From Candidatus Berkelbacteria bacterium Licking1014_7 (GTDB lineage Bacteria > Patescibacteriota > UBA1384 > GWA2-35-9 > CG2-30-39-44), in contig VMGK01000002.1 in NCBI GenBank assembly GCA_007376535.1, positions 1-58,358 on the forward strand: 58,358 nucleotides of DNA, given 5' to 3'. Below the pieces are notes generated by a model, which searched no databases, was not told the origin of the DNA, and saw only the letters and a list, made by a program, of their open reading frames with translations. Every line of letters starts with the position of its first letter. Position 1 is the first letter of the stretch. Shown in pieces: positions 9,099 through 18,628 of the stretch. Position numbers and translations under genes: made by a program.

Positions 9099-9925
9099 TT
9101 GGTTTTTCTCCGTTTGATAATAAATTTACTTGATGGTTTTTTCTTTTTGCGGGTCTTGCCGCCAATGGCAATTTTGCCCCAGGGGGTTTTGGGATATTTC
9201 AGACCAATCGGGTTTCCACCTTCTCCTCCTCCGTGCGGATGCGCGGCTGGATGCATGGCTTTCCCTCGCACTGTTGGTCTAAATCCCATATGTCGCTTTC
9301 TTCCAGCTTTTCCTATCACTATATTTGAATGTTCGTCATTTGACAATGTTCCAATGGAAGCAAAACACTCAATATGGAATTTTCTAATTTCGCTTGACGG
9401 CAATTTGACAATGGCGTATTTACCTTCTTTTGAATTAATAATTCCGGTTTGTCCAGCGCTGCGGATGATTTTCCCGCCTGATCTTGGTTGCATTTCAAGG
9501 TTATAAATCATTGTTCCAGCCGGAATATTTTTCAGCATCATTCTGTTGCCGGTTTGAATCGGCGCTTTTTGGTCTGATACGACTAGATCGCCAACTTTCA
9601 GATTTTGCGGAGCCAGTATATATGATTTGCTTTGATTTTCATATTCGATTAAAGCGATAAATGCGGTGCGGTAGGGGTCGTATTCAATTGATAAGACCTT
9701 GGCTTTTTTTCCAAAATTAAATTGCTTGAAATCAATCATTCGGTATTTTTTCTTGGCGCCTCGTTGTTTGTGGCGCACGCTAATTTTTCCAGTATTGTCT
9801 CTGCCAGCCCGGGATTTCAGGATTTTGAGTAATTTTTTATGAGGTTTTTTTTGGGTAATTTGCGAAAAATCCGACACAGTCATGGCTCGACGCGAAGGGG
9901 TGTACGGTTTGTAAGATTTAATCAT
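9095..9925 (-). CDS. rplB: 50S ribosomal protein L2
   Basis: HPHGGGEGG motif, 276 aa. Confidence 0.96.
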   Translation of the reverse strand: MIKSYKPYTPSRRAMTVSDFSQITQKKPHKKLLKILKSRAGRDNTGKISVRHKQRGAKKKYRMIDFKQFNFGKKAKVLSIEYDPYRTAFIALIEYENQSKSYILAPQNLKVGDLVVSDQKAPIQTGNRMMLKNIPAGTMIYNLEMQPRSGGKIIRSAGQTGIINSKEGKYAIVKLPSSEIRKFHIECFASIGTLSNDEHSNIVIGKAGRKRHMGFRPTVRGKAMHPAAHPHGGGEGGNPIGLKYPKTPWGKIAIGGKTRKKKKPSSKFIIKRRKTK

Positions 9926-10281
9926 ATTTTTTTGTCGTTAGATTTTAATGTTTTTGTTTCTAATTTTTGGGGAGTATTTTTCTCGGTTTCAATTTCAAAA
10001 TCCTTAATTTTTTGACCTTTTTTTATGGTGATAATCGCTTTCTTAAAATCGCTTCTTTTGCCAAAACGGGAAATGGCAGATCGGTTAATTCTCACTCGCT
10101 TTTTCTTGCCCATTTGATTGATAATGTTAATTTTCAAAACATTTACTTGATACATTTTTTCAATCAGTTTTCTGATTTCTGTTTTATTACCGTCAGAAGG
10201 CACCTTAAAAGTATAGCGGTTTTTATTAGTTTGGTTTAGTGATTTTTCGCTGATTTGTGGATAAACTTGTTGCGTTTTCAT
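9922..10281 (-). CDS. rplW: 50S ribosomal protein L23
   Basis: Position between rplD and rplB, with a FKV...K.EI..L.E..Y.V.V..I pattern. Confidence 0.85.
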   Translation of the reverse strand: MKTQQVYPQISEKSLNQTNKNRYTFKVPSDGNKTEIRKLIEKMYQVNVLKINIINQMGKKKRVRINRSAISRFGKRSDFKKAIITIKKGQKIKDFEIETEKNTPQKLETKTLKSNDKKI

Positions 10282-10886
10282 AAGTTTATTTTTACGATTT
10301 TTTGTAATGCCTTTTTTGTAATCAGCATATATTTACTTTTTGCCACATCCAAAGCGCTAAAACTATTGCCTGAAAAGTAATTGGCGAATGGTATATTTCT
10401 AACGGATTTTTTCAGATTTTTTATTTCTTTGAAACTGGCAACAAGTATTTTTTTGTTGACATTTATTTTTTTAAATAAATTGGCAACCAGTGATGTCTGG
10501 GGTGTTTTAAGGTGAAATTTGTTTATGACGAAAAGATTTTTTTCTTTGGCGAGCAGATAAATTAAATTTTTAACTGCTTGTTGTTTGACTTTTTTGTTAA
10601 GTTTGATTTTTCTAGCAATTGGTTGGGGCGCGAATGTTACGCCTCCGCCTCTCCACAACGGACTTTTTACGCTACCGGCGCGAGCGCGACCAGTACCTTT
10701 TTGGCGCCAGGGTTTTTTATTCGACCCTTTGACCTGCCCTCGTGATTTGGCTGCTTTGGTGTTTTGTCTTTGCGCTGTTGCCAAATTTACCAAAACCGAC
10801 TTAATATCTAATTTTGGTTTGGATATATCTTTGATTTTAATGGAGGCGATTTTTTCGCCTTGTTGATTGATGACATCTATTTTCAT
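10278..10886 (-). CDS. rplD: 50S ribosomal protein L4
   Basis: KPWRQKGTGRARAGS motif. The ATG at 10886 forms an ATGA overlap with the rplC stop. The track start at 10907 is 7 codons further upstream. Confidence 0.9.
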   Translation of the reverse strand: MKIDVINQQGEKIASIKIKDISKPKLDIKSVLVNLATAQRQNTKAAKSRGQVKGSNKKPWRQKGTGRARAGSVKSPLWRGGGVTFAPQPIARKIKLNKKVKQQAVKNLIYLLAKEKNLFVINKFHLKTPQTSLVANLFKKINVNKKILVASFKEIKNLKKSVRNIPFANYFSGNSFSALDVAKSKYMLITKKALQKIVKINL

Positions 10887-11494
10887 TGTAAAATATAAAC
10901 GAGACATTTGTTGGGACCGGCGACTGAACCAGAAACAACCAATAAATTATTTTTTTCATCTTTGTCAATAATGGTTAAATTTTTTATGGTGGTTTTTGTC
11001 GCGCCCATTCGCCCGGGCATTTTTTTCCCTGCCACCACTCTTTGCGGAAACATTGAACCGATTGATCCGGGCGAACGATGATGTTGCGATCCATGTGTTT
11101 CAGGACCGCGCGAAAAACTATGTCTTTTGATTACGCCGCTAAATCCTTTACCTTTGCTCGTTGAGACAGCATAGACTTTTTCGCCCGGACTAAATTGATC
11201 GATCTTTAATTCGTCGCCATTTTTAAAATTAAATTTGTCCGTCTTGCGAAAACTGATGAATTTTGAGAATTTGTCCTCAATTTTATTTTTTTTAAGCGCG
11301 CCTTGCGTGGCTTGGTTGATTTTGTTTTTGGTGTAGAATGCGACAATAAAATTTGGGTTGGTTTCGTCTGGGTTAATTACGGCTGATTTTTCTAATTTAA
11401 GCACAGTTATTGGAATGGCTTTTCCTTTATCATTAAAAATTCTGCTCATACCGAGTTTTCTAAAAATGCCTAATTTTGATACAGAATTTTTCAT
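10883..11494 (-). CDS. rplC: 50S ribosomal protein L3
   Basis: LGIFRKLGMSRIFNDKGKAIPITVL aligns to the canonical L3 N-terminus. The ATG at 11494 is preferred over the TTG at 11542. Confidence 0.9.
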   Translation of the reverse strand: MKNSVSKLGIFRKLGMSRIFNDKGKAIPITVLKLEKSAVINPDETNPNFIVAFYTKNKINQATQGALKKNKIEDKFSKFISFRKTDKFNFKNGDELKIDQFSPGEKVYAVSTSKGKGFSGVIKRHSFSRGPETHGSQHHRSPGSIGSMFPQRVVAGKKMPGRMGATKTTIKNLTIIDKDEKNNLLVVSGSVAGPNKCLVYILQ

Positions 11495-11557
11495 AATTAA
11501 AACTAACTTGCGGACTTTCTGATTTTCCAGAAGTTTCCCCAAGTTTTCTTAATTCTA

Positions 11558-11872
11558 CTATTGTTTGATTTCGATGTCAACACCGGCTGGCAAGTCCAAG
11601 TTCGTTAAATCATCAATCGTCTTGCTGTTAATATCAGATAAATCAATCAGTCGTTTGTGAACCCGCATTTCAAATTGTTCAAACGAGTCCTTGTGCACAA
11701 AAGACGATTTGTTGACAGAAATTTTTTTTATTTCTGTGGGAAGCGGGATGGGGCCGTGCGCTATGGCGCCGCTTCTTTCGGCGATTTCAATAATTCGTTG
11801 GGCTGATTTATCAAGAATTCTGGGATCGTACGCTCTAAGTTTTATCCTAATTTTTTGCGCTACTTTTGGCAT
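11558..11872 (-). CDS. rpsJ: 30S ribosomal protein S10
   Basis: [10 protein letters not shown] start and operon position. Confidence 0.95.
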   Translation of the reverse strand: MPKVAQKIRIKLRAYDPRILDKSAQRIIEIAERSGAIAHGPIPLPTEIKKISVNKSSFVHKDSFEQFEMRVHKRLIDLSDINSKTIDDLTNLDLPAGVDIEIKQ

Positions 11873-11891
11873 AAAATGTTGCTTAAATCAT

Positions 11892-12115
11892 AATTACTCT
11901 AATCGTTTACAAATTCCAATGGATCAAAATATAATTTAGAGGAGAGATGCGCGAAGTTCGGCGAAACGATGATTGGCTTTGCAAAATCATTGAACATTGA
12001 GATTTGGAATTTGATTGAACATTGATGCTTGAGAATTGGAATTTTTATCATTGAGCATTGAGAATAATTTTTAACGAAAATCTTAAGTCAAAAAACTTAT
12101 TGCTTTTTGATTTAA
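11892..12115 (-). repeat. module E copy 2 (reverse orientation, with about 50-nt internal insert)
   Basis: Shares AATCGTTTACAAATTCCAATG...ATTGAACATTGATGCTTGAGAATTGGAATTTTTATCATTGAGCATTGAGAATAATTTTTA with 40195..40366. Confidence 0.9.
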
Positions 12116-12144
12116 TACAATACCTCTTGCTCTAGCGAAGCATT

Positions 12145-13329
12145 TTACTTATTAATTTTGGTAACCATTCCCGCGCCGACTGTTTTTCCGCCTTCTCGGA
12201 TGGCAAAACGCATGCCATCTTCCATTGCCACTGCCTGAAGCAACTTGATTTTTAGATTGATAGTATCGCCTGGAATTACCATTTCAGTGCCGGCTGGAAG
12301 TTCCTCGACTGTGCCAGTTACATCAGTGGTTCTGATGTAAAATTGCGGTTTGTAGTTTTTGAAAAATGGGCTGTGTCGTCCGCCTTCTTCTTTGGTTAAA
12401 ATATAAATCTCCGCTTCAAATTCAGTATGGGGTGTAATTGACTTGGGTTTGGCTAAAACCTGTCCTCGCTCAACGTCAGTTCTTTCAACGCCGCGAAGTA
12501 GTACGCCCACATTGTCGCCGGCTTGACCTTGGTCTAATTCTTTTCTAAACATTTCTACGCCAGTAACAATGGTTTTTTTGGTTGGTTTAAGACCAACAAT
12601 TTCAACTTCTTCATTTACCTTTATCTTGCCGCGTTCAATTCTGCCGGTTGCGACTGTGCCTCTGCCTTTGATTGAAAACACATCTTCAATTGGCATTAAA
12701 AAATCTTTATCAATTTCTCTTTTGGGCTCGGTAATTTTTTCGTCCAACGCTTTTACTAATTCCTCAATTGATTTTTCTGCCTCGGCATCACCTTCCAACG
12801 CTTTTAACGCCGAACCGCGCACAATCGCCGCATTGTCGCCATCGTATTCATATTTACTTAAAAGTTCGCGGATTTCCATTTCTACCAAATCAAGCATTTC
12901 TTTATCGCTAACTTGGTCAATTTTATTCATATAAACAACCACGGCTGGCACGCCAACTTGACGGCTAAGAAGTATATGCTCTCTGGTTTGGGGCATGGGA
13001 CCGTCTGTCGCCGCCACCACCAGAATTGCGCCGTCCATTTGAGCCGCGCCAGTAATCATATTTTTAACATAATCAGCATGACCCGGGCAGTCAACATGCG
13101 CATAGTGTCTTTTTTCTGACTCAAACTCGGTATGGCAGGTAGCGATAGTGATACCGCGCGCCTTTTCTTCCGGCGCTTTGTCAATTTGATCAACTGCTAT
13201 GGCTTTTGCCAGACCTTTTTTTTCCTGCACTTTTAAGATGGCGGCAGTGAGAGTTGTTTTGCCGTGGTCAACATGACCAATTGTTCCCACATTAATATGT
13301 GGTTTATTTCTCAGAAATTTTTCAGCCAT
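12145..13329 (-). CDS. tuf: elongation factor Tu
   Basis: [18 protein letters not shown] and NKID GTPase motifs. SD GGAGG lies upstream. Confidence 0.98.
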   Translation of the reverse strand: MAEKFLRNKPHINVGTIGHVDHGKTTLTAAILKVQEKKGLAKAIAVDQIDKAPEEKARGITIATCHTEFESEKRHYAHVDCPGHADYVKNMITGAAQMDGAILVVAATDGPMPQTREHILLSRQVGVPAVVVYMNKIDQVSDKEMLDLVEMEIRELLSKYEYDGDNAAIVRGSALKALEGDAEAEKSIEELVKALDEKITEPKREIDKDFLMPIEDVFSIKGRGTVATGRIERGKIKVNEEVEIVGLKPTKKTIVTGVEMFRKELDQGQAGDNVGVLLRGVERTDVERGQVLAKPKSITPHTEFEAEIYILTKEEGGRHSPFFKNYKPQFYIRTTDVTGTVEELPAGTEMVIPGDTINLKIKLLQAVAMEDGMRFAIREGGKTVGAGMVTKINK

Positions 13330-13393
13330 TTTATTTCCTCCGCTCCGCCGGGCAACTTGCCGGCGGGCACTATTTTTTTTGAATACAATTAAA

Positions 13394-13509
13394 TTAAATC
13401 AAAAATTAAACAGCAAAAAGCAAAAACAAATATCAAAATGTAAAAATATTTTTAATTTTTGATATGCCTGCCCCATAATCCCGCCACTGCGGGATGTTAG
13501 GGGTAATTT
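13394..13509. repeat. composite intergenic repeat, inverted partner of 4..119
   Basis: See 4..119. Followed by further modules to about 13680. Confidence 0.85.
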
Positions 13510-13687
13510 AATTTCTTCATTCTACCCCGCCCGCCTTTGACTGAGCCAAAGGCGATGGCGGGCGGGCGAAGCAATGGCGGGCAGGTCTTTTGTAAATAGA
13601 TTTCATTCTGGCAGGGCAGGCATTCTTAATTCTTATTTAACAAAGAATGCCGAGGGCAAAGCCCGAGGATTCTTTGTATTATTATAC

Positions 13688-13716
13688 ATTATATATAAGA
13701 TTGCGCAAGGGGTCAA
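13688..13716 (-). promoter_or_regulatory. sigma70-like promoter facing tuf: TTGACC-N17-TATAAT
   Basis: The reverse complement of 13688..13716 reads TTGACC ccttgcgcaatcttata TATAAT. Confidence 0.45.
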
Positions 13717-13737
13717 GAGTCAGATAGTCAGATAAAT

Positions 13738-13778
13738 TCCAAACCTGCAAACAGGTCAGACCTGTTTGCAGGTTTGGA
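13738..13778. promoter_or_regulatory. perfect 19-bp inverted repeat with 3-nt loop (TCCAAACCTGCAAACAGGT cag ACCTGTTTGCAGGTTTGGA)
   Basis: Read directly. No U-tract on either strand. Lies between two divergent promoter-like sequences. Confidence 0.8.
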
Positions 13779-13855
13779 TATGTCAAATTATTGCAAATTA
13801 TAAGTTTAATGGTATAGATGTTGGTATGGGTTTGGTTTGCGGGATTTTTAAGCCC

Positions 13856-13883
13856 TTGCATAAATTTTTTTCTCTGCTATAGT
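13856..13883 (+). promoter_or_regulatory. promoter-like TTGCAT-N16-TATAGT for the 317-aa orphan gene
   Basis: Spacing counted by hand. SD GAGGAG lies 7 nt before the ATG at 13937. Confidence 0.4.
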
Positions 13884-13936
13884 GATATTATATATTAAAA
13901 GTATTTTGACAAACAGACAAGCAGAGGAGCAGAGAA

Positions 13937-14890
13937 ATGCCAAACGAAACCGTTGATAAGACAGTTGTTGCGCCAGAATCAGATTGGCAGATTGATTACT
14001 TTATGAGTGTCGATACAGGGGAGGATGTTAGGTCTTTTACAGCCATTGATTTTTGTACAAGTTGTCCGAAAGGTTCCGAAGAGAGAATCTTGAACTCTTT
14101 ACTTATGAGGCATCGACCAGCGCATATTGTTGTTCCAGAAGATAGATACTCAGAGAAAAGGCAAGAGAACGCTTTGCCTGCATTACGTCTCTTTTTGCAT
14201 TGGACATTACAAGGACAAGAATCGTTAGTTTTGGTTGCTTGGACAACTTTATCTGATTTGAAGAACCATGTTAGACAATTTCCTGATGACATTAAGACCA
14301 TCTGGACAGAAAAACTGCGTCAGGTAGGTGAGAAATTGGCGTCGTGTCTCAATGGAGAACAAATAGGTGTTGATTTTTCTGAACGATTATCTGTAAGTGA
14401 TATTCCTGAAGAATTGCGAGCAGAAGTTGATGAACGGATTAAGTGGATAGAAATGTACAATCAATATTATACAAGTTATTCTTTCGGTACTCGTCAATTT
14501 ATTCCAGTCGTTGCTATTGACCCTAGTGGTAAAAGATATCTGGGGTTTAGGCAAAGGATAGATATGGTTAAGTATGTTTTAGATTTGATTAAGACCCGTC
14601 GCATTGCTTTTATTAATGGTTTAGATGACACAGGCAGTGATGCTCACATTGGATTTTATCATCCAGATTCTATGGAAATTGTCGAAGTATCTCTAATTAG
14701 TGAGTTAAATGAAGAGACGGCGCGTCATTTCAATTGCTTAAAACAATGGCAGGTAATTCAACAAAGAAAAAGAGAAAGTCGGGAAAAAAGCATGCAATAT
14801 CAAGATGAAGTAGAAGCAGAGTGTATTCAACGAGAACAACAAGAACAAGCGAAGAAAAGCAAAGCCATAAGAGCTGCCTTTACCCTCTAA
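13937..14890 (+). CDS. orphan 317-aa soluble protein with Glu/Gln/Lys-rich C-terminal tail; no family recognised
   Basis: Long ORF with an SD site and its own promoter-like sequence and terminator. Opposite strand to the flanking tuf and fusA. Confidence 0.75.
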   Translation: MPNETVDKTVVAPESDWQIDYFMSVDTGEDVRSFTAIDFCTSCPKGSEERILNSLLMRHRPAHIVVPEDRYSEKRQENALPALRLFLHWTLQGQESLVLVAWTTLSDLKNHVRQFPDDIKTIWTEKLRQVGEKLASCLNGEQIGVDFSERLSVSDIPEELRAEVDERIKWIEMYNQYYTSYSFGTRQFIPVVAIDPSGKRYLGFRQRIDMVKYVLDLIKTRRIAFINGLDDTGSDAHIGFYHPDSMEIVEVSLISELNEETARHFNCLKQWQVIQQRKRESREKSMQYQDEVEAECIQREQQEQAKKSKAIRAAFTL

Positions 14891-14908
14891 CTTCTTCACC
14901 CATTTTCT

Positions 14909-14932
14909 ACCCGCCTCCAAGCGGGTTTTTTG
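14909..14932 (+). terminator. rho-independent terminator ACCCGC-ctccaa-GCGGGT-TTTTT
   Basis: Hairpin plus T-run 19 nt after the stop at 14890. It has no U-tract when read on the minus strand. Confidence 0.7.
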
Positions 14933-14983
14933 GTTAAATTAAAATTTAGAACTTTATTAACGGGGCGCACAGATCCAAACGGT

Positions 14984-17089
14984 CTACTTAACCTTACCCT
15001 CTATTATGTTTTGGGTAATTTGCCTCGGCACTGTTTCATAATGGTCAAATTCCATTGAATAATTCGCGCGACCTTGTGTCATTGAGCGCAAAGTCGTGGC
15101 ATAGCCGAACATTTCCGCCAGCGGAACTTTTGCGTTAATCACTTTGACATTTCCCCGTTCGCTGGTCTCTTCGATTTGTCCTCGTTTAGATGAAAGGTCG
15201 CCGATTACATCGCCAAAGTGATTCTCTGGCGTGGTCACTTCAACTTTCATTATTGGTTCTAGGATTATTGGTTTGGCTCTTTTGACTGCTTCTTGTAAAG
15301 CGATTGATCCAGCAATGTGAAACGCCAGTTCGGACGAATCAACATCGTGAAAACTTCCGTCAAAAAGCGTGACTCTTAAGTCAACGATGGGGTAGCCGGC
15401 AATTACGCCTTTTGAGACCGCCAGTTTTACCCCTTTTTCAATGGCTGGAATAAATTCTTGCGGGATAATGCCGCCTTTAATTGCATTTTCAAATTCAAAT
15501 CCCTCTCCCCTTTCTTTGGGTTCTATTTTAATCACCACGTGTCCGTATTGACCGCGACCACCGGTTTGCCGTATATATTTTCCTTCGGCTTGCGCTGAGG
15601 CGGAAATTGTTTCTTTGTAGGCGACTTGGGGTTGCGACACATTCGCTCCCACTTTAAATTCTCGTTTCATCCGCTCAACTAAAATTTCCAAATGCAACTC
15701 GCCCATGCCAGAAATAATGGTTTGATTGGTCTCTTCGTTTGTTTTGATTTCAAAGGTCGGGTCTTCTCGGGCGAGTTTTTGCAAAGCAAGGCCCATTTTT
15801 TCTTGATCTATTTTGGTTTTTGGCTCAATTGCGACTGAAATAACCGGGTCGGGAAAGTGAATCGTTTCAAGGACAATGGGTTTTTCCGGGTCGCATAACG
15901 TATCGCCGGTCGTGGTTTCTTTCAGTCCGACTGCCGCGCCGATTTCGCCGGCAGAAATTTCTTGAATTTCTTCGCGGTGGTTGGAGTGCATTAGGACAAT
16001 TCTGCCAATTCGTTCTTTTTTGTTTTTTGAAGCATTTAAAACATAAGTGCCGACTTTTAAGGCACCTGAGTAGACCCTAAAAAAAGTTAAAGTGCCAACG
16101 AAAGGATCAGTGGCGACCTTAAACGCCAGAGCGCTAAACGGCTCACTAACACTGGCTTGTCTGATAATTTGTTCTTCTTCGTTTTGGGGATTCATACCCA
16201 TGATTTGCGGCACATCCAGCGGCGACGGCAAAAGTTCAACAATATAATCAAGCAATTTGGTAATAAAAACCGATCGGCCGTCCGCCACCATCACTGGAAA
16301 ATACTTTCCGCTTTGAGTGGCTTTTCTGAGAGCGGATATGATTTCTGTTTGGCTAAGTTCTTGCCCTTGTAAATATTTTTCCATTAATTTGTCGTTTGTC
16401 TCAACGATTTTCTCAATCATTTCTTCTCTTGCCTTTTGCGCTTTTTCTTTTAAGTCATGAGGAATTTCGGTTTCGATTAAAGCATTGTCCAGCGAAACTG
16501 GATCAGGATTTTTATAAACGAAGGCCTTGTTTTCAATCAGATCAATAATGCCTTTATGCTGGTTGGACTCTCCAATCGGCAAAAAAATTGCCAACACGTT
16601 TCGGCTCAGCCGTTCTTTAATAGAGTTCAAACTCATACTAAAATCGCCGCCGAGCGCGTTGATTTTATTGATAAAGCAAATTCTCGGCACTTGGTATTTA
16701 TCCGCCTGACGCCAGACGGTTTCTGATTGCGGCTCAACCCCCATTTTGCCGTCAAAAATTACCACGGCTCCGTCAAGCACGCGCAGCGATCTTTCCACTT
16801 CTGCGGTAAAATCAACGTGTCCGGGGGTGTCAATGATGTTGATGCGATGATTTTTATCTGTGAGTTTGGATTTCCAAAAGCAGGTGGTGGCAGCCGAGGT
16901 GATGGTGATGCCCCGTTCCCGTTCCTGCTCCATCCAATCCATTACTGCTTCGCCTTTATGCACTTCGCCGATTTTGTAGGTTTTTCCCGTATAAAAAAGT
17001 ATTCGCTCAGTGATGGTTGTTTTACCAGCGTCAATGTGAGCGATAATGCCGATGTTTCTAATTTTGTCTAATGGAATTTGTTCTGGCAT
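14984..17089 (-). CDS. fusA: elongation factor G
   Basis: [17 protein letters not shown] and NKIN motifs, 701 aa. Confidence 0.98.
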   Translation of the reverse strand: MPEQIPLDKIRNIGIIAHIDAGKTTITERILFYTGKTYKIGEVHKGEAVMDWMEQERERGITITSAATTCFWKSKLTDKNHRINIIDTPGHVDFTAEVERSLRVLDGAVVIFDGKMGVEPQSETVWRQADKYQVPRICFINKINALGGDFSMSLNSIKERLSRNVLAIFLPIGESNQHKGIIDLIENKAFVYKNPDPVSLDNALIETEIPHDLKEKAQKAREEMIEKIVETNDKLMEKYLQGQELSQTEIISALRKATQSGKYFPVMVADGRSVFITKLLDYIVELLPSPLDVPQIMGMNPQNEEEQIIRQASVSEPFSALAFKVATDPFVGTLTFFRVYSGALKVGTYVLNASKNKKERIGRIVLMHSNHREEIQEISAGEIGAAVGLKETTTGDTLCDPEKPIVLETIHFPDPVISVAIEPKTKIDQEKMGLALQKLAREDPTFEIKTNEETNQTIISGMGELHLEILVERMKREFKVGANVSQPQVAYKETISASAQAEGKYIRQTGGRGQYGHVVIKIEPKERGEGFEFENAIKGGIIPQEFIPAIEKGVKLAVSKGVIAGYPIVDLRVTLFDGSFHDVDSSELAFHIAGSIALQEAVKRAKPIILEPIMKVEVTTPENHFGDVIGDLSSKRGQIEETSERGNVKVINAKVPLAEMFGYATTLRSMTQGRANYSMEFDHYETVPRQITQNIIEGKVK

Positions 17090-17149
17090 AATCTAATCTC
17101 AAAATGCAAATCTCAAATCTCAAAATTACATCTTAAAACTAAAAACTTT

Positions 17150-17300
17150 GAATTCAATTTACAATTTACAATTCTCAATTTACATTGAATTTACAATGTT
17201 TCAATTTACAATGTTACAAACAAGTCAAGTGTTGGAAAATTGAGTCATTGAGTCATTGAAAATTTATTGAAAATTAGAAATTGACAATTGAAAATTAGAG
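17150..17300. repeat. AT-rich module I (CAATTTACAATTCTCAATTTACATTGAATTTACAATGTTTCAAT...)
   Basis: Reverse complement of about 42375..42510. The 44-nt core at 17162..17205 equals the reverse complement of 42455..42498. Confidence 0.8.
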
Positions 17301-17328
17301 TTAGTTTTAACATTTGAGTTGTCATTTT

Positions 17329-17370
17329 GCCTGCCCGCTAATCGCCTGAGCGATAGCGATGGCGGGCGGG
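17329..17370 (+). repeat. GC hairpin module B (GCCTGCCCGCTAATCGCCTGAGCGATAGCGATGGCGGGCGGG)
   Basis: Copies or variants lie at 25957..26032, 46855..46895, 51825..51866 (reverse), 52671..52700, 30246..30273 and 13527..13600. Confidence 0.85.
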
Positions 17371-17397
17371 AGATTTTAATTTTGAGATTTTAATTTC

Positions 17398-17868
17398 TTA
17401 GAATCTGGCGAAGTGCGCAAAGGCCTTGTTTGCCTCTGCCATTTTGTGCATATTTTCTTTTTTTTGAATCGCAGAACCAGTTTTTTGCGAAGCATTCAAT
17501 ATCTCATCTGATAAAAATATATCAAATGTTTTGCCTTGTTTGGCTCTGGCGGCTTGTAAAATCCACCGTAAAGATAAAGTGGTTTGTCGACTATGGCGGA
17601 CTTCGTACGGTACTTGATAAGTAGCGCCACCGACTCGTTTGCTTTTGACTTCAAGCAGAGGCGAGGTATTTTTTATCGCCAATTGTAAAATTTCCAGCGC
17701 GCTTTTTTTGGTCTTTTTTTCAATTATTTCCAGCGCCTTATAAACAATATTTTTAGCAGTATTTTTTTTGCCATCTTTCATAACATAATTAATCAGTTGG
17801 CTAATTAGAATAGAATTGTATCTCGGATCTGGCGCCAGTTGTCTTTTTTTAAATTTTGCTTTTCTCAT
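17398..17868 (-). CDS. rpsG: 30S ribosomal protein S7
   Basis: 156 aa with GGATYQVP motif and str operon position. Confidence 0.95.
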   Translation of the reverse strand: MRKAKFKKRQLAPDPRYNSILISQLINYVMKDGKKNTAKNIVYKALEIIEKKTKKSALEILQLAIKNTSPLLEVKSKRVGGATYQVPYEVRHSRQTTLSLRWILQAARAKQGKTFDIFLSDEILNASQKTGSAIQKKENMHKMAEANKAFAHFARF

Positions 17869-18293
17869 TTGCTGGTTTTTTTAGGTTTTTTCGTCCCGTA
17901 TTTTGAACGACCGCGATGGCGATTTTCCACTCCGAGTGTGTCAAATTTTCCCCGCACAATATGGTATCTTACGCCCGGCAAATCTTTAACTCTTCCACCT
18001 CTAATCATTACCACTGAATGTTCTTGCAAATTATGCCCGATGCCCGGAATATACGCGGTTACTTCTTGCCCGGAAGTCAATCGCACTCGGGCGATTTTTC
18101 GGAGCGCTGAGTTTGGTTTTTTCGGGGTGGTAGTGGTTACTTTCAAACAAACCCCGCGCATAAAAGGACGACCAAAAGCATAATTCACCGGCTTGTTTTT
18201 AATATAATTAAAACCCTTGCGAAGCGCAGTGGTCTTCACCCGTTTGATTTTATTTTTTCTGGCTCCTTTTACTAATTGATTGATTGTGGGCAT
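17865..18293 (-). CDS. rpsL: 30S ribosomal protein S12
   Basis: MPTINQL start and KKPNSALRK motif. Confidence 0.97.
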   Translation of the reverse strand: MPTINQLVKGARKNKIKRVKTTALRKGFNYIKNKPVNYAFGRPFMRGVCLKVTTTTPKKPNSALRKIARVRLTSGQEVTAYIPGIGHNLQEHSVVMIRGGRVKDLPGVRYHIVRGKFDTLGVENRHRGRSKYGTKKPKKTSK

Positions 18294-18297
18294 TTCT

Positions 18298-18354
18298 TTA
18301 AATAAGAATTAAGAATTAAGAATGAAGAAATTAAATTATAATTAAGAAATTTTT
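18298..18354. repeat. module D, identical to 5198..5254
   Basis: 57/57 nt identical by eye. Confidence 0.9.
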
Positions 18355-18494
18355 AATTTGTTATTTCAATTGTAAATTCTTCATTTTTATTTCTTATTTA
18401 TTTGATAATGGGCTTCGCCCTCTTGTAATAAAGAATCCGGCTGGCATTCTTGGTTAAATAAGAATTAAGAATTAAGAATGAAGAAATTAAATTA

Positions 18495-18530
18495 CCCCGA
18501 ACATCCCGCCTTGGCGGGATTACGGGGCAG
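18495..18530 (+). repeat. GC hairpin module A (CCCCGAACATCCCGCCTTGGCGGGATTACGGGGCAG)
   Basis: Copies at 10..47, 13466..13503 (reverse), 46753..46790 (reverse) and variant 37177..37214. Confidence 0.9.
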
Positions 18531-18628
18531 TCCCCGATTAGACAGTAAAACGTCTAACGGGGCAGGCAATTAAGAAATTTTTAATTTGCTATTTAAGTTT
18601 TTCATTCTTCGTTTTCATTTCTTATTTA

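Noticed and set aside
13330-13380. Hairpin CCGCCGG-gcaacttg-CCGGCGG next to a T-run, just upstream of the tuf start, as a terminator
   Set aside because: On the tuf-sense strand it lies in the 5' UTR next to the SD without a following U-tract. On the plus strand the T-run is separated from the stem and no plus-strand gene precedes it. Function is undetermined.
13937-14890. Calling the islands horizontally acquired on the basis of G+C content
   Set aside because: Hand counts gave about 40-42 percent for the island gene against about 32 percent for one neighbouring gene. However, highly expressed core genes such as tuf look similarly GC-rich, so composition alone is not diagnostic.
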